64,000 nt of DNA from Candidatus Obscuribacterales bacterium (GCA_965228855.1 CBDDIJ010000003.1:3008001-3072000), one strand, 5' to 3'. Positions 1-10,620 are shown, counted from the stretch's first letter. The notes: generated by a model from the sequence alone, not told the origin. Translations and numbers: made by a program.

Positions 1-617
1 ACGATACTCTCAGATTTCATGAATGCGTTTAAAACCGAGAGCGACTCTTCTGAGTCTTCATTGACCGCAGCAGGAGAAAGAGGAGCACGAATTGGCGTGG
101 GCGTTTCGACACGCGGCTGAAAAGCTAGGACTCGACCTGTTTCAGGCGGCGCCTCTGGCGGATCACTCTTCGCATATAAGGTACGAAGTTTGCCCGGCAA
201 GATAGAAGGTTCCTCGACCTTTTCCAAAGCCAGCTTGAGCTGCGGCTCAGCCTCAGCGTATCTGTTCAACTTGAACAAACACTCGCCATATTCAAGACTC
301 ATCTCGCTTTTAAGATTCGGTCTCTTATCGAACAGTTGCTCTAGAGCAAGAGTGGCTTGGTCCCACTGTTTCAAGTTTCGGCTCGCTTCATAGAAGCCGA
401 AGTAGAAATCGTCGTCCTTGCCCAGAAGCTTCCTGTATTCAGATTGAGCTTCGGCATACGACCCGTTCTTTAACGCTCGTGTAGCCTTTCTCGCAATACC
501 AGAGGTAATTACTGACCCATAGAAGCCAACGTCATCAGCAGCGCGGGTCGGGGAAACAGGAATAACAAAAATGCATAACGACAGGCTGAGCAAGCCAGCC
601 AAACCAAGTTTATCCAT
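1..617 (-). CDS. Secreted TPR protein, partial (runs off window edge); paralogue of 2030..3070
   Basis: Hand translation from ATG at 617 (GGAG SD upstream): MDKLGLAGLLSLSLCIFVIPVSPTRAADDVGFYGSV...DFYFGFYEAS...LEYGECLFKLNRYAEAEP, which aligns with DDVGFYGSV...DFYFGLYETS...LEYGEALFHLNRYDEAEP of 2030..3070. Not in the ORF track because it has no stop in the window. Confidence 0.85.
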   Translation of the reverse strand, partial: MDKLGLAGLLSLSLCIFVIPVSPTRAADDVGFYGSVITSGIARKATRALKNGSYAEAQSEYRKLLGKDDDFYFGFYEASRNLKQWDQATLALEQLFDKRPNLKSEMSLEYGECLFKLNRYAEAEPQLKLALEKVEEPSILPGKLRTLYAKSDPPEAPPETGRVLAFQPRVETPTPIRAPLSPAAVNEDSEESLSVLNAFMKSESI

Positions 618-755
618 GGGACACACTCCATAAAACGGTGCCAAGCCGCCTAAGCTATAACCATTTTTCTAAGAGTGTGAATTTTCAACCAGGAGGAAAA
701 CCCTAGGTTTCAGCGACGTGACATGTCGATACCACAGGTTCACGAATGCGCACGT

Positions 756-1355
756 TTACCAATCGTCATCATCATCGTCGTCGCCTTTCTTAGCCGCACC
801 AGGCTTGCCGCCTGGGTTTTGCTGCTGCTGCAACTTCTTCTGTTCAGCTTGCTTTTTCTTCTGCTCGTTTATAGCCTTCATCTGCTGCAGATACGCCCAA
901 GTATCTTTATAGGCTTTATCGTATTCCTTGCAACCGTATGAAACGGCATTCTTCAAGAATGGCAACGCCTTTTCAGGCTTCTTCATTTTTAAATAAATAG
1001 TCCCGGTAACGCCTTGATTCTGGCAATTCGACGGATCCATTTGAACGGCTTTCTCGAGTTGCACAGCGGCAGCTGCGAAGTCAGCGGGTGTGCCACCAGC
1101 TGCCAGGTAATTACCGTATTGAGCTCGAAGCTTCGGGTCATTCGGCGACATCCCCACTAAGATGCCATATTCGGCAAGCGCTTGAGGTCGCTTCCTTTGT
1201 TGAACGTAAATTGAAAGAAGACAAGTGTGAATGACGGTTTTGCGTTTCTCGACTTGGGCACTGTCAACCTGCGCATCGGCAATCTGACAGCTCACCGTCA
1301 TCAACGCAGGTACAACCATCGAATACGCAATTGCATATCTGAGCGCACGCTGCAT
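756..1355 (-). CDS. Secreted TPR protein with acidic C-terminal DDDDDDDW tail
   Basis: Signal peptide (ADA|Q) and TPR-like helices (LEKAVQMDPSN, KPEKALPFLKNAV). Start placed at MQRALR with GAGGG SD; the ORF track starts at 1394. Confidence 0.8.
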   Translation of the reverse strand: MQRALRYAIAYSMVVPALMTVSCQIADAQVDSAQVEKRKTVIHTCLLSIYVQQRKRPQALAEYGILVGMSPNDPKLRAQYGNYLAAGGTPADFAAAAVQLEKAVQMDPSNCQNQGVTGTIYLKMKKPEKALPFLKNAVSYGCKEYDKAYKDTWAYLQQMKAINEQKKKQAEQKKLQQQQNPGGKPGAAKKGDDDDDDDW

Positions 1356-1400
1356 TATTAATCCCTCAAAGTAACTACCAAAAGCGGCCCTCACGACAAT

Positions 1401-1994
1401 TTACCAATCATCATCGTCATCATCGGACGATTTCTTGGCACCACCGGCGCCACCAGCACCAGCCTGAGCGGCTTGCTGCTTTTTCACCTCGTCTTGACGC
1501 TTCTTCATCTCAGCAATCCGCTTATTGCCTTCGATGTATTTAAACGTCTCCTCGTAGCTTTTCTTGTACTCCTGCCCACCATACTGCACAGCGATGCGCA
1601 ACCACTTCAAAGCCTCGTTGGGGTTCTTAGCCTTTAGATAAAGCGCTCCAAGAACCCCATTGTAGGTGGCGTTAGACGGATCAAGTTGCACAGCCTTCTT
1701 GATCTGAGTGATACCAGCTGCAATATCACCAGGTGTCTGACTGGCAGCAACGTATCGACCGTAAGCATATCGAAGCTTGGGGTCATCCGGCTTCAAACCG
1801 ACCATGGTGGCGTATTCAGCCAGTGCCTGAGGACGTTGCTTCTTGTCGATGTAAATCTGAAGCAGGCACGCATGAATAACCTCTTTGCGTTTCTGAATCT
1901 GCGAAGCCTCAAGCTGTGCGCTCGCGGGCGAGACGCCCACGGACGAAGCCATCACGGCAAGAGCTAAAGCAGCGTTCATAACTCGTTTGGACAT
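1401..1994 (-). CDS. Secreted TPR protein with acidic C-terminal DDDDDDW tail; paralogue of 756..1355
   Basis: Signal peptide (ASA|Q), GGAGG SD, TPR helices; shares VIHxCLLxIY...RPQALAEY...PxDPKLR with its neighbour. Confidence 0.85.
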   Translation of the reverse strand: MSKRVMNAALALAVMASSVGVSPASAQLEASQIQKRKEVIHACLLQIYIDKKQRPQALAEYATMVGLKPDDPKLRYAYGRYVAASQTPGDIAAGITQIKKAVQLDPSNATYNGVLGALYLKAKNPNEALKWLRIAVQYGGQEYKKSYEETFKYIEGNKRIAEMKKRQDEVKKQQAAQAGAGGAGGAKKSSDDDDDDW

Positions 1995-2029
1995 TTACAA
2001 ACCTCCGTGTCTCAAGACAAGTTGCAGGA

Positions 2030-3070
2030 TTACTTCGCTTGACCTTGGTGCTCTTGGATAATTCTGTGGATTTCGTCGATGTTGTGCTCGTTCCATTCTT
2101 GCCTGCCGTATGAGCCGTGGAAGGTTTCAAATTGTCCGTCAATCGGCACGCAGTTCGGAATGAAGATAAGCCACTTGGAGCCCTTCTTCGGCATTTTGTC
2201 TTCCGTAAACGTCCAGTCTTTTGGTTTCTCCTCACCGACGATCTTCTCGTGGAATTCATATTTGACCGGCAATGTCCGGCTGAGAGGCGGTCCTTTCAGG
2301 TATTCAACGATGTGGAAGTTTGCCTGCGGTGGTTTGTAGTACGAGACCGGTCCTTCATGCTCAAATCCTTTGTACTCAGCGACGAACACGCCCTCGCACT
2401 TCATGAAAGCGTTCAAGAACGTCAGTGATTTGCGCGATGTATGTTCGTGAACATCAGATGCATCGAGAGTTCCCTCTCGAGCTGGCGCGACATATTTCTC
2501 CGGTTCCTTATAAGCGATGATTGGTCCCACTTCAGGTTTATGAACGATGATGCTTTTCTCTACAAGGCGCTTCAAACGCGTCTCTACTATCGACGGCTCA
2601 CTGACTTTAGTCAGCGCTTTCTTCAACACTGGCTCGGCTTCATCGTACCGGTTCAGGTGAAACAGTGCCTCACCGTATTCGAGAAGCATTTGATCTTTGT
2701 ACTTCGGATTTTTATTGAATAGCTCTTCGAGAGCCATTGCAACTTGCTCCCACTGAAGCAATTTATAACTGGTTTCATACAGCCCGAAATAAAAATCCTC
2801 CTGGTTAGGATCTTGCCCGATTGCCTTTCTAAACTCGCCTTGAGCAACAGCCCACTCACCTTTCTTCATCGCAGAAGCCGCGGCCTGAGCGGCTCTCTGA
2901 ACTGTCACCGATCCGTAAAAACCCACGTCGTCGGAATCTAAAGCCTTTGCTGGCGAACTCGTCGCCCCGATCAGCGAAAAACTGAGAGAGACGGCCATTA
3001 GACTGTGCTGGAGTTTCCTTTGAAAAGACTGGGTAGAAGCGTCGTTTGGCATAGAACGGGATTTGGACAT
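2030..3070 (-). CDS. Secreted TPR protein with C-terminal beta-domain
   Basis: 346-aa ORF, AGGAG SD, signal peptide (AKA|L), TPR motifs (FRKAIGQDPN, YGEALFHLNRYDEAEPVLKKAL). Confidence 0.85.
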   Translation of the reverse strand: MSKSRSMPNDASTQSFQRKLQHSLMAVSLSFSLIGATSSPAKALDSDDVGFYGSVTVQRAAQAAASAMKKGEWAVAQGEFRKAIGQDPNQEDFYFGLYETSYKLLQWEQVAMALEELFNKNPKYKDQMLLEYGEALFHLNRYDEAEPVLKKALTKVSEPSIVETRLKRLVEKSIIVHKPEVGPIIAYKEPEKYVAPAREGTLDASDVHEHTSRKSLTFLNAFMKCEGVFVAEYKGFEHEGPVSYYKPPQANFHIVEYLKGPPLSRTLPVKYEFHEKIVGEEKPKDWTFTEDKMPKKGSKWLIFIPNCVPIDGQFETFHGSYGRQEWNEHNIDEIHRIIQEHQGQAK

Positions 3071-3251
3071 CGCAAATCTACTCCTTGAAATTTGGCAGCA
3101 AAACGCCGGGATAGCTTATAAGCCATGTTCCACGTTTGGAACGTTTACCCACCCTGTGAGGTTAACTCTTGTGAATTGTTTCAGTAACGCTTTGTTCCCC
3201 GATTTCGCTGAACCGATGATCGGCGTCCGAAAAGATCAGGGTTTTCCGTGC

Positions 3252-4937
3252 TTAGAAATGCGGACTTGCGCCGTAAGGCTCGGACACCATGGTCAATTCC
3301 ATGGTCCTCATCCCCGCACCAAGGTCTTCGACAAACTGAATGGGCGAGAATTTATAGTCTGCAGAAGCTGCGTTATTCGGTTCAAACCAATCGGGCGGTT
3401 CGTGAAGCACACCGAGGAAATCTTCCGCCCATTTATCTGCCGCTCCGAGAACCATGGTGTACGGCAACAGTCTTCCGAACACTGTCGGGTCACTGGCCAC
3501 AAGCGTCTCGACATGACGCCCCTCCACATCATTCAGAAAAATAGCGAATCCTAATGAGCGGCGCAATGCCAAGATGCCTTTCTGAGTCCGCGCCGGCATA
3601 GCGAACGCGAAGGTTCCGATCAAAGCCGCGGAAACGAACAGCCCGATACCGAATGGTGCCAAGACTGCATTGCCGCTTGAGGCCAGTATCAAAATCATTC
3701 CTATCAAACTGAAGAACACGGCCATCGTGCGATACTGCTTCCGCACGACGTCCGGATTTTGAAGGAAATAGCCTTCCTGAGCCAATGCGTCATAGATCTC
3801 ATCACGAATAGCAGGAATGCGCGACGCGAAGCTGTTTTTCAAATCGGATAGAAGTATCTCTTCACGAGTTCCAAAAATTGCGTTCAAAAAATCCTTTTCG
3901 TAATTCCGAAGCGGTGCATCATCGCCTGCTGCCTTGGTTTTAATAAAGAGGTAGTCGAAATTTCCGAATCCCATGGCATTCCGTTTAGCAACTTCGCGAA
4001 TTTTCAAATGACCACGAGCCGCAAGGTCTATAAGAGTAGCGATAATGTCTTGCATGTCACAGCGCTCGTCGTACAGTGTGCCGACTTCCGCGGGAGTCAT
4101 CTCGGTAGGCGGATCCCAGGCAACGACTATTTCCTCAGGATTGGCAGCGTCACGTCCAAAGTGCCACCACAAAACATACAGCGCAGCTCCTGTAAAAACC
4201 GGCACGAAAAGCGCAGGCCACCAGTCATCCAACCAGTAGAGCATCTGCCTGAATATCGACGGCGGCGCGATTGAGCCTTTAGGAAAGTCGGCAATCACAA
4301 AGAAGTTCTGCCCCGGATTTACGGGAGCTGCTGTGAATTGGGCAAAAGAATTTTGCAGACGTATGTTCACCTTATCCTTTCCGGACGGATCGCCGACGTA
4401 GGCGCTCCGAGTCATCTGGGAAGGCATTACCCCGGCAGGAGGATAAAGCGAAACTCGAGCACGCTCGATTGGCACCGGCCATTCACCGCCCGTCGCGTCG
4501 AAAACGAGTTCGGGTGTACCTTCAAAATAATTGACGCCATTTCGCATGGCGTATCGGATTTTGAAAACGTGCTTGCCGGTCATCGGAACATGCGGCTCGC
4601 CAATAGTCACAATTGCAGCATCGTCATGTTTAACCACACGTGCCTTCACTGGACGGTCGTCACCACCCTCGGTGGCTCCCAAGAAGCGAAAATCGACTGA
4701 GTAGGTTCCACCCGACCGTTGAATCGTGGTCGGGATATTTCGAGTAAAACCGTTTCTCTTCGAGTTATCGAAGTCATAGGAAATCGACTCGGTAACGTAG
4801 ATGGTTGAATCTTTCTGAACGACGATTGAAGTATCGAAATATCGAATCACTTCAGAACGAGCCGGTTGACAGACCAGCAATCCGGTAATCGATACCAGTA
4901 GCGATACCATCGCATTCTTAGCGAATCGATAACTCAT
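3252..4937 (-). CDS. DUF2207-family membrane protein
   Basis: Signal peptide, IRYFDTSIVVQKDSTIYVTESISY N-domain, PPTEMTPAEVG..ATLIDLAARGHLKI, and C-terminal LLPYTMVLG..W match the DUF2207 pattern. Confidence 0.85.
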   Translation of the reverse strand: MSYRFAKNAMVSLLVSITGLLVCQPARSEVIRYFDTSIVVQKDSTIYVTESISYDFDNSKRNGFTRNIPTTIQRSGGTYSVDFRFLGATEGGDDRPVKARVVKHDDAAIVTIGEPHVPMTGKHVFKIRYAMRNGVNYFEGTPELVFDATGGEWPVPIERARVSLYPPAGVMPSQMTRSAYVGDPSGKDKVNIRLQNSFAQFTAAPVNPGQNFFVIADFPKGSIAPPSIFRQMLYWLDDWWPALFVPVFTGAALYVLWWHFGRDAANPEEIVVAWDPPTEMTPAEVGTLYDERCDMQDIIATLIDLAARGHLKIREVAKRNAMGFGNFDYLFIKTKAAGDDAPLRNYEKDFLNAIFGTREEILLSDLKNSFASRIPAIRDEIYDALAQEGYFLQNPDVVRKQYRTMAVFFSLIGMILILASSGNAVLAPFGIGLFVSAALIGTFAFAMPARTQKGILALRRSLGFAIFLNDVEGRHVETLVASDPTVFGRLLPYTMVLGAADKWAEDFLGVLHEPPDWFEPNNAASADYKFSPIQFVEDLGAGMRTMELTMVSEPYGASPHF

Positions 4938-4968
4938 ATTCTATCCTCTGCCTGGCGGACAACGCGAA

Positions 4969-5664
4969 CTATTTAGCAGGTGCTTTGAGCGCCTTTATCT
5001 TCGCATTGATTTTATTCGCTTTGAAAGCGTTTCCGGCCTTTTCCCAGGCTTCACCGCACTTGTCCAAAATCTCACGGTACGATTCAGACTTGACTACTTT
5101 GGCATCTTCTTCCATCAGACCCACTGCGGTCTGATAAACATTCGCGGCTTCTTCCCACCGGTGCTGCTTCGCCAGCACGCGGCCGAGGTTGCCGAGAGTG
5201 ATGTAAACAGCTTGATTTTTACGACCAAACGCTCTGATGAAGAGCTTCTGCGCTTTCGTCAGCAGTGGAACAGCCTGTAAATACATTTCCTTTTCTTCGT
5301 AGATTGCAGCCAGGTTGTTGAGAATCGCGGCTTGCCTTGCTTCCTGACCGATGTACAAATCGCATTGATTCAACGCCACGAGAAATATCTTCTCGGCGCG
5401 GTCGTAATCCTTCTTTTGAAGCGCATCATTACCATCCTTGATGTTGACGTCTATGTCACGACGCATATAGTCGATTTGCGGTTCGTCGGCTTTCTGAGCG
5501 GTTTCAGCAGAGCCCGTGGCGGCGGCATCTCCGCTACCTGAAGCGGAAGAATTCGCCGAAGTGCCTGTCGTAACACCGCCTCCGGGAGCGCCACTTTTGC
5601 ATGCGCCCAAAACACTTGCCGCGACAATCACGACCAGCAACATAGAAATTTTGTTCATCGTCAC
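4969..5664 (-). CDS. TPR lipoprotein
   Basis: Lipobox-like LGA|C, Ser/Gly linker, TPR repeats (LNNLAAIY, LGNLGRVL). Confidence 0.8.
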   Translation of the reverse strand: MTMNKISMLLVVIVAASVLGACKSGAPGGGVTTGTSANSSASGSGDAAATGSAETAQKADEPQIDYMRRDIDVNIKDGNDALQKKDYDRAEKIFLVALNQCDLYIGQEARQAAILNNLAAIYEEKEMYLQAVPLLTKAQKLFIRAFGRKNQAVYITLGNLGRVLAKQHRWEEAANVYQTAVGLMEEDAKVVKSESYREILDKCGEAWEKAGNAFKANKINAKIKALKAPAK

Positions 5665-5879
5665 CCCTGACAGCTATAGAAGGCTAACGCCTTTTAATCG
5701 CAACAACAATCCGCGGAAAATGCACCATACCGTTTAACTATAAGCGTTGTCCAATTTACCAATTGGTCAAATATAGCTCTAAACCATTTATACTAGGTCC
5801 GGTTCTATGGGCGTCCACCTAAATTTCGAAGTAGTCAAGTTAACGTACAGATCCTATTACCAAGTTGGCGATATACGAC

Positions 5880-6791
5880 ATGTCAGATAACAAACCGGAA
5901 ACCATCAGATATTCACGGCTGGCAGTCTCCGCCATCGTGCTCACCTTTATTCTGGGCGCGACGCTCGCTCCACGCCTCACCGCGGGAATGGACTATGGTC
6001 CGAGCCCGATGCAGAATCCGGTAATTTTCAATCCCACTGTGAATCCGGTCACAACCCCTCCGATCGTTGTGCCGACGGACGTTCAACCGAATTTGAACGC
6101 TTTTCAAACCGGCGCAAATATACCGATGGTTAATTACGACCTTGGAGCAATCGCGCTCAACGGCATTATGCGCCTCCCCGATAGCGCCTTCCCGCAGGAG
6201 AGTGCTCTTACCGGACCAACCAACGGAATTACAGTTAAATTCAAGCCTGGCTCCGAGTACAAGATGGAAGGAGACTACATCGTAGTCTTGAAGAAAGGCG
6301 AGATTTTGGTTTCAGTGAAAAAACCATCGCGCCTGGCCATGATCAAGACACCATACGGCAACATCTCGGTTGCGGCTGATGGAGACGTTCTATGCAAGTT
6401 TGAAAACGGAACTTTGCGCGTCACCAACCTCGATGGAGGCGGACAAACCATCAAAGCGCAATTAAATCAAGGACCGTTCGCCGGCGCGTCTGACCCGACT
6501 GTGACAATCGCAGCTGGTTTCGAGATGGTGGGCGCCGACCACAAGCTCACACGCGCAGATATGAGACCGCGCGACGGAGTAGCTCGTCGCCACTTCAAAA
6601 TTTTGGAAAGCGGTCACCTGGCAATCAGCGAAATCTCAGTTGAGAGCGTCATGAAGGCTAACGATGTCATCGCCGATCTAAGGCAGTCCTCGACCGGCGT
6701 GAAAGAGCGTCGAATCCTCGGCGATATGTCGAAGATGGCTGCGGTTTTAAACTATAAAAACGGCACGCAAGGCTTCAAAGTCGAAGAGTAA
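5880..6791 (+). CDS. Membrane-anchored/secreted hypothetical protein with FecR-like beta-rich region
   Basis: N-terminal hydrophobic helix; LKKGEILVSV...IKTPYGNISV...LRVTNLDG resembles FecR-type strands (inference). ORF track start is 5865. Confidence 0.6.
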   Translation: MSDNKPETIRYSRLAVSAIVLTFILGATLAPRLTAGMDYGPSPMQNPVIFNPTVNPVTTPPIVVPTDVQPNLNAFQTGANIPMVNYDLGAIALNGIMRLPDSAFPQESALTGPTNGITVKFKPGSEYKMEGDYIVVLKKGEILVSVKKPSRLAMIKTPYGNISVAADGDVLCKFENGTLRVTNLDGGGQTIKAQLNQGPFAGASDPTVTIAAGFEMVGADHKLTRADMRPRDGVARRHFKILESGHLAISEISVESVMKANDVIADLRQSSTGVKERRILGDMSKMAAVLNYKNGTQGFKVEE

Positions 6792-6792
6792 A

Positions 6793-7530
6793 CTACGCAG
6801 TGCACTGAAGCGACGAGAGCGCTTCTTCAATTTTTAGCGCGCTGGTAGCGCTGAGCTTCTGTCTGCCATCGCGAAGGGCAGCGACCTCGTCGTAAAGGAG
6901 TTGAGATAACTCGCGATGCTCGTTCCTGTCGCCGGGGGATTCGACGCCAACTTTGGGAAGGCGTTCGTCAAGCGCAATCGGTTTTCCAACAATGATTTTA
7001 ACGGTCGAGGGTGATTTTCCGCGTCCGTAGCTAATGTATGCGGGAATTACAGGAATGCGATGACCGGCAGACGCGGCATTCATTATGATCTTAGCCACTC
7101 CGGGCTTGAACGGATGGATGTCGTCGTCGTAGAAGATATTTCCTTCTGGAAAAACCACTACCGGTTCGCCGGCGCCTAGCTGTTTCACGGCGTAGCCAAC
7201 CGGGTCCAGGCGAGGGTTTGCGGGAAACGCACCAACACTCATCACGGCGGCACCTTGCACACCACGCATCTCATTGGGTGAAACCATGTAATTGGCTCTG
7301 CGATTCAATAAATATTGGACAACCGGACCGTCCCAGCGTTTCGAGTGGTTCGCAATCAATAGAAAGGCGCCATTTTCCGGAAGATTTTCCACACCGATAA
7401 CTTCAAAATTTCTGAACTGAGAGACTACGACCAGCTCATTGACGAAGTTCCAAAAGGCATAACCAAGCAGAGTTTTGCCATCCTTCGGCATGGAGTATCT
7501 GGAAGCTTTGGGTAACACGGCGATAGACAT
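6793..7530 (-). CDS. plsC: 1-acyl-sn-glycerol-3-phosphate acyltransferase family
   Basis: NHSKRWD (HX4D) and VFPEG motifs; FKPG block. Confidence 0.85.
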   Translation of the reverse strand: MSIAVLPKASRYSMPKDGKTLLGYAFWNFVNELVVVSQFRNFEVIGVENLPENGAFLLIANHSKRWDGPVVQYLLNRRANYMVSPNEMRGVQGAAVMSVGAFPANPRLDPVGYAVKQLGAGEPVVVFPEGNIFYDDDIHPFKPGVAKIIMNAASAGHRIPVIPAYISYGRGKSPSTVKIIVGKPIALDERLPKVGVESPGDRNEHRELSQLLYDEVAALRDGRQKLSATSALKIEEALSSLQCTA

Positions 7531-7738
7531 AACGACCTCACTCTCATAAGTGCAAAGTGCCAACACATTTACGATATCGGGTTCGCAAATGCTGCATAAC
7601 GACTGAAAAACAGTTCGATCACTGTTTTCCGCCGAATCGACGCCGCCGATAATTGCGCTGAAACTCTCCGACGTTCAACAACTTAATGGTATCTTGGTAG
7701 CAATACAGGCGACAGTTCGATTACTAGACAGAAGAGCC

Positions 7739-8260
7739 ATGGCGGACAAAGGAAAAACGAACGGGGCGCAGACCCACAAAGGAATGAGAGACGCCTCTCA
7801 CATGCCCTCAGAGGATGAGATTCGGGCGTTCATGGATGAGGCTATCCGAGAAGCAGCCAATGGGCTTGAGGAAGGCGGAATTCCAATTGGTTCGGTCCTG
7901 GTAAGAAACCATAAGATAATCGGTCGCGGCCATAATCGACGAATCCAATTCGGCGACCCGACTGCGCACGGCGAAATAGACTGCCTGCGAGCCACAGGGC
8001 GCCTGCGGTCGTACAAAGACACCGTTATGTTTTCCACGCTTATGCCTTGTGCCATGTGCGCGGGTGCAATTGTTCAATTCGGGATCCCCGTAATAATCGC
8101 TGGGGAGAACCGCACATTCGCAAGCTCTTCCGATTTCATGAAAAGCAACGGCGTAACCGTGATCGATCTGGATCTCGATGAATGCTACGAGATGCTCAAA
8201 GGCTTCGCCCAGGAGCATCCTTCGTTATGGAACGAAGATATCGGTGTCGAGCCGGAATAG
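7739..8260 (+). CDS. Cytosine/nucleoside deaminase (yeast FCY1-like, Zn-dependent)
   Basis: EGGIPIGSVL, GHNRR, AHGEIDCL, PCAMC motifs. Start uncertain (7694, 7739 or 7802). Confidence 0.88.
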   Translation: MADKGKTNGAQTHKGMRDASHMPSEDEIRAFMDEAIREAANGLEEGGIPIGSVLVRNHKIIGRGHNRRIQFGDPTAHGEIDCLRATGRLRSYKDTVMFSTLMPCAMCAGAIVQFGIPVIIAGENRTFASSSDFMKSNGVTVIDLDLDECYEMLKGFAQEHPSLWNEDIGVEPE

Positions 8261-8403
8261 CAATTCGCTCGCAAAATACCATACATATAGAAGAGGCGAA
8301 GAACCGAATCACGAGCGGCAGATCGTGAACAAAAAATTTTGCCTACTTCCCAAGATTGACATTTATGCTAGGGTAGAACATGAGAGCTTGATGAGGAGTA
8401 ATC

Positions 8404-8637
8404 ATGGGAGTAAGTACAGGTAAGCCTACCACGACAAAACGGGCGACCAAGAAGTCTCAAGATGCTGAATCGGCCATACTTGCGACGTGTCCGACTAACG
8501 GTGGCGGCTGGTGCTCTTATCCATTCTCTGCGAAGCAGCTTGAAAAAAGGTTGAAGGCAAAAGCGAAACTGGCTGAAATTGAAAACCTTCAGCAACAAAC
8601 CGCTAAGAGCAAAAAGTCAGTGGTCAAATCCCACTAG
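8404..8637 (+). CDS. Small basic hypothetical protein with CPxxGGGWC motif
   Basis: GAGGAG SD; 77 aa, Lys-rich, directly upstream of a two-component pair. Confidence 0.65.
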   Translation: MGVSTGKPTTTKRATKKSQDAESAILATCPTNGGGWCSYPFSAKQLEKRLKAKAKLAEIENLQQQTAKSKKSVVKSH

Positions 8638-8699
8638 GCCGAGTTTAAAACCAGTCATAATAATCTCTGTATGCTATTCACTTCGGAGATTCTCAGACT

Positions 8700-9371
8700 T
8701 TGGCGAAAATTCTTCTGGTCGAAGACGAAAAGGATCTGGCTCAGCAACTTGAGGACTGGTTCAAGCGCGAACAGCACACGATCGACGTCGTGTACACGGG
8801 TCAAGACGCGCTCAATTATCTTAAAATCTCGAAGTACGATCTGGTCATATTGGACTGGATGTTGCCGCTTGTCAGCGGACTGGAAGTGCTTCAGAAGATG
8901 CGCTCCCACAACAACCGCACGCCTGTAATCATGCTCACGGCAAAGGATTCCGAGGACGACAAAGAGAAGGGATTGGACTCGGGAGCGGACGACTATGTGA
9001 CAAAACCGTTCTCGCTTCGCGAACTGTCGGCGCGCACACGGGCGGCGCTGAGGCGCTCATCGCAGGCGGCAAAAACCGTTTTAACTGCAGGTGATGTGGA
9101 ACTAGATCCAGTGTCGCGAACAGTTTCAAAAGGAAACGTAGACATTCACTTGGAGCCGAAAGAGTTCAACTTGCTTGAGTTCTTTATGCGCCATCCCCAA
9201 CAGGTATTTAGCGCCGACGCGCTAATCGACCGGGTATGGCCGTCCGATACTCTTGTCTCGACTGACGCGATTCGAACGTATATCAAGATTTTGCGAAAAA
9301 AATTGGACAATGAAAAGGTGATCCAGAATGTGAGAGGGGTTGGCTACAAATTCGAGCCTGACATGAAATGA
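8700..9371 (+). CDS. OmpR/PhoB-family response regulator
   Basis: ILLVEDE, LDWMLP, GADDYVTKPF, C-terminal wHTH VRGVGY. Confidence 0.95.
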   Translation: MAKILLVEDEKDLAQQLEDWFKREQHTIDVVYTGQDALNYLKISKYDLVILDWMLPLVSGLEVLQKMRSHNNRTPVIMLTAKDSEDDKEKGLDSGADDYVTKPFSLRELSARTRAALRRSSQAAKTVLTAGDVELDPVSRTVSKGNVDIHLEPKEFNLLEFFMRHPQQVFSADALIDRVWPSDTLVSTDAIRTYIKILRKKLDNEKVIQNVRGVGYKFEPDMK

Positions 9372-10615
9372 AGTTTTTCCGTTGGAACGTCACGTTTCAA
9401 TTTGTCTTCCTCGCGCTCTGCGTCTACGTAGGGCTGGTTGGGCTCAGCCTGTTTTTGTTCTCACGCGGATTGAACGATGCGCTCGACGACCAGTTGAAGT
9501 CACTTCTGGCGGAACAATCACAGCTCATTGATTTCAACGGCAAAGATCTCAAATGGCTGGAAGGTAGTGACAGCACGGGTTTCCACTCGCCATTCTCGAG
9601 ACCGTTAGCCTCGTTTCAACTCTTCGATTTGAACGGAAAAGTTCTCGGTTCGCACGGCAGCTATCACTGCGCGAAACTTTTTCTACATCCACAAGAGATC
9701 AAAGGACTGCCTGTCACCTACAGAACTCAGGTATTACCGCTTATCGTGAAGGATACACTTCTCGGCTATTTGCAGGTGGAAATGCCGACGACCCAACGCG
9801 ACGCGGTAATGATGAAGTTTGCCGTCACTATATGCAGTGTCACGCTGCTCGGTTTTGCTTTGCTTGCATGGGCGGGATACAACTTTTCAAAAGAAGCGGC
9901 AAAACCAATTTATGACTCTTACGAGGTGTTGAGACAGTTTTCTGCCGATGTGGCTCACGAATTGAACACACCGATAAGCACCGTACGCGCCACCGCGGAA
10001 AACATGAGCGAAGAGCTTAACGAGCCTGACGCTCTGCGAACTAGGCTCGAAGTCATTAACCGCGCCGTCGACCGAATGAACATCATTGTTAAAGACCTGA
10101 GCCTCTTAACGCGGCTCGGAATGGAATCAGAAAAACCGACGAAAACGCCCGAGCAGATAGCATTGAGAAAGCTGGTCGTTGACGTTGTCGAAGAATTCAA
10201 AGATCGATTTCAACAGAAATCGATCTCCTTCACGTCGAAGATAGAGGGAGACCCTATCGTTTCCGGACATCAAGACCCGTTGCACCGAATGCTTGCCAAC
10301 CTTCTCGAAAACGCCCTGCGCTATACGGACAGCAATGGCGTAGTGAATGTTGAACTCTATTCGGATCATAACCACGCGACCATCACCGTATCTGATACCG
10401 GAATTGGAATTCCGGAAGAGTCCCTGCCCCGGATTTTCGATCGCTTTTACCGAGTAGACAAGGCACGCTCTCGCGATCATGGCGGCAGCGGATTGGGTTT
10501 GGCAATCGTAAAAGCAATAACTGCGATGCATAATGCAGAGATTGATGTAGACAGCGAGGTAGGTAAAGGGACAACCTTTACGGTGATCGTTCCCATTCAA
10601 AAAACCAGAGCTTGA
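9368..10615 (+). CDS. Sensor histidine kinase (HisKA + HATPase)
   Basis: Two TM helices, H-box FSADVAHELNTP, N-box NLLENALRY, G boxes DTGIGI and GSGLGLAI; 4-bp overlap with the regulator. Confidence 0.95.
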   Translation: MKFFRWNVTFQFVFLALCVYVGLVGLSLFLFSRGLNDALDDQLKSLLAEQSQLIDFNGKDLKWLEGSDSTGFHSPFSRPLASFQLFDLNGKVLGSHGSYHCAKLFLHPQEIKGLPVTYRTQVLPLIVKDTLLGYLQVEMPTTQRDAVMMKFAVTICSVTLLGFALLAWAGYNFSKEAAKPIYDSYEVLRQFSADVAHELNTPISTVRATAENMSEELNEPDALRTRLEVINRAVDRMNIIVKDLSLLTRLGMESEKPTKTPEQIALRKLVVDVVEEFKDRFQQKSISFTSKIEGDPIVSGHQDPLHRMLANLLENALRYTDSNGVVNVELYSDHNHATITVSDTGIGIPEESLPRIFDRFYRVDKARSRDHGGSGLGLAIVKAITAMHNAEIDVDSEVGKGTTFTVIVPIQKTRA

Positions 10616-10620
10616 AACGC

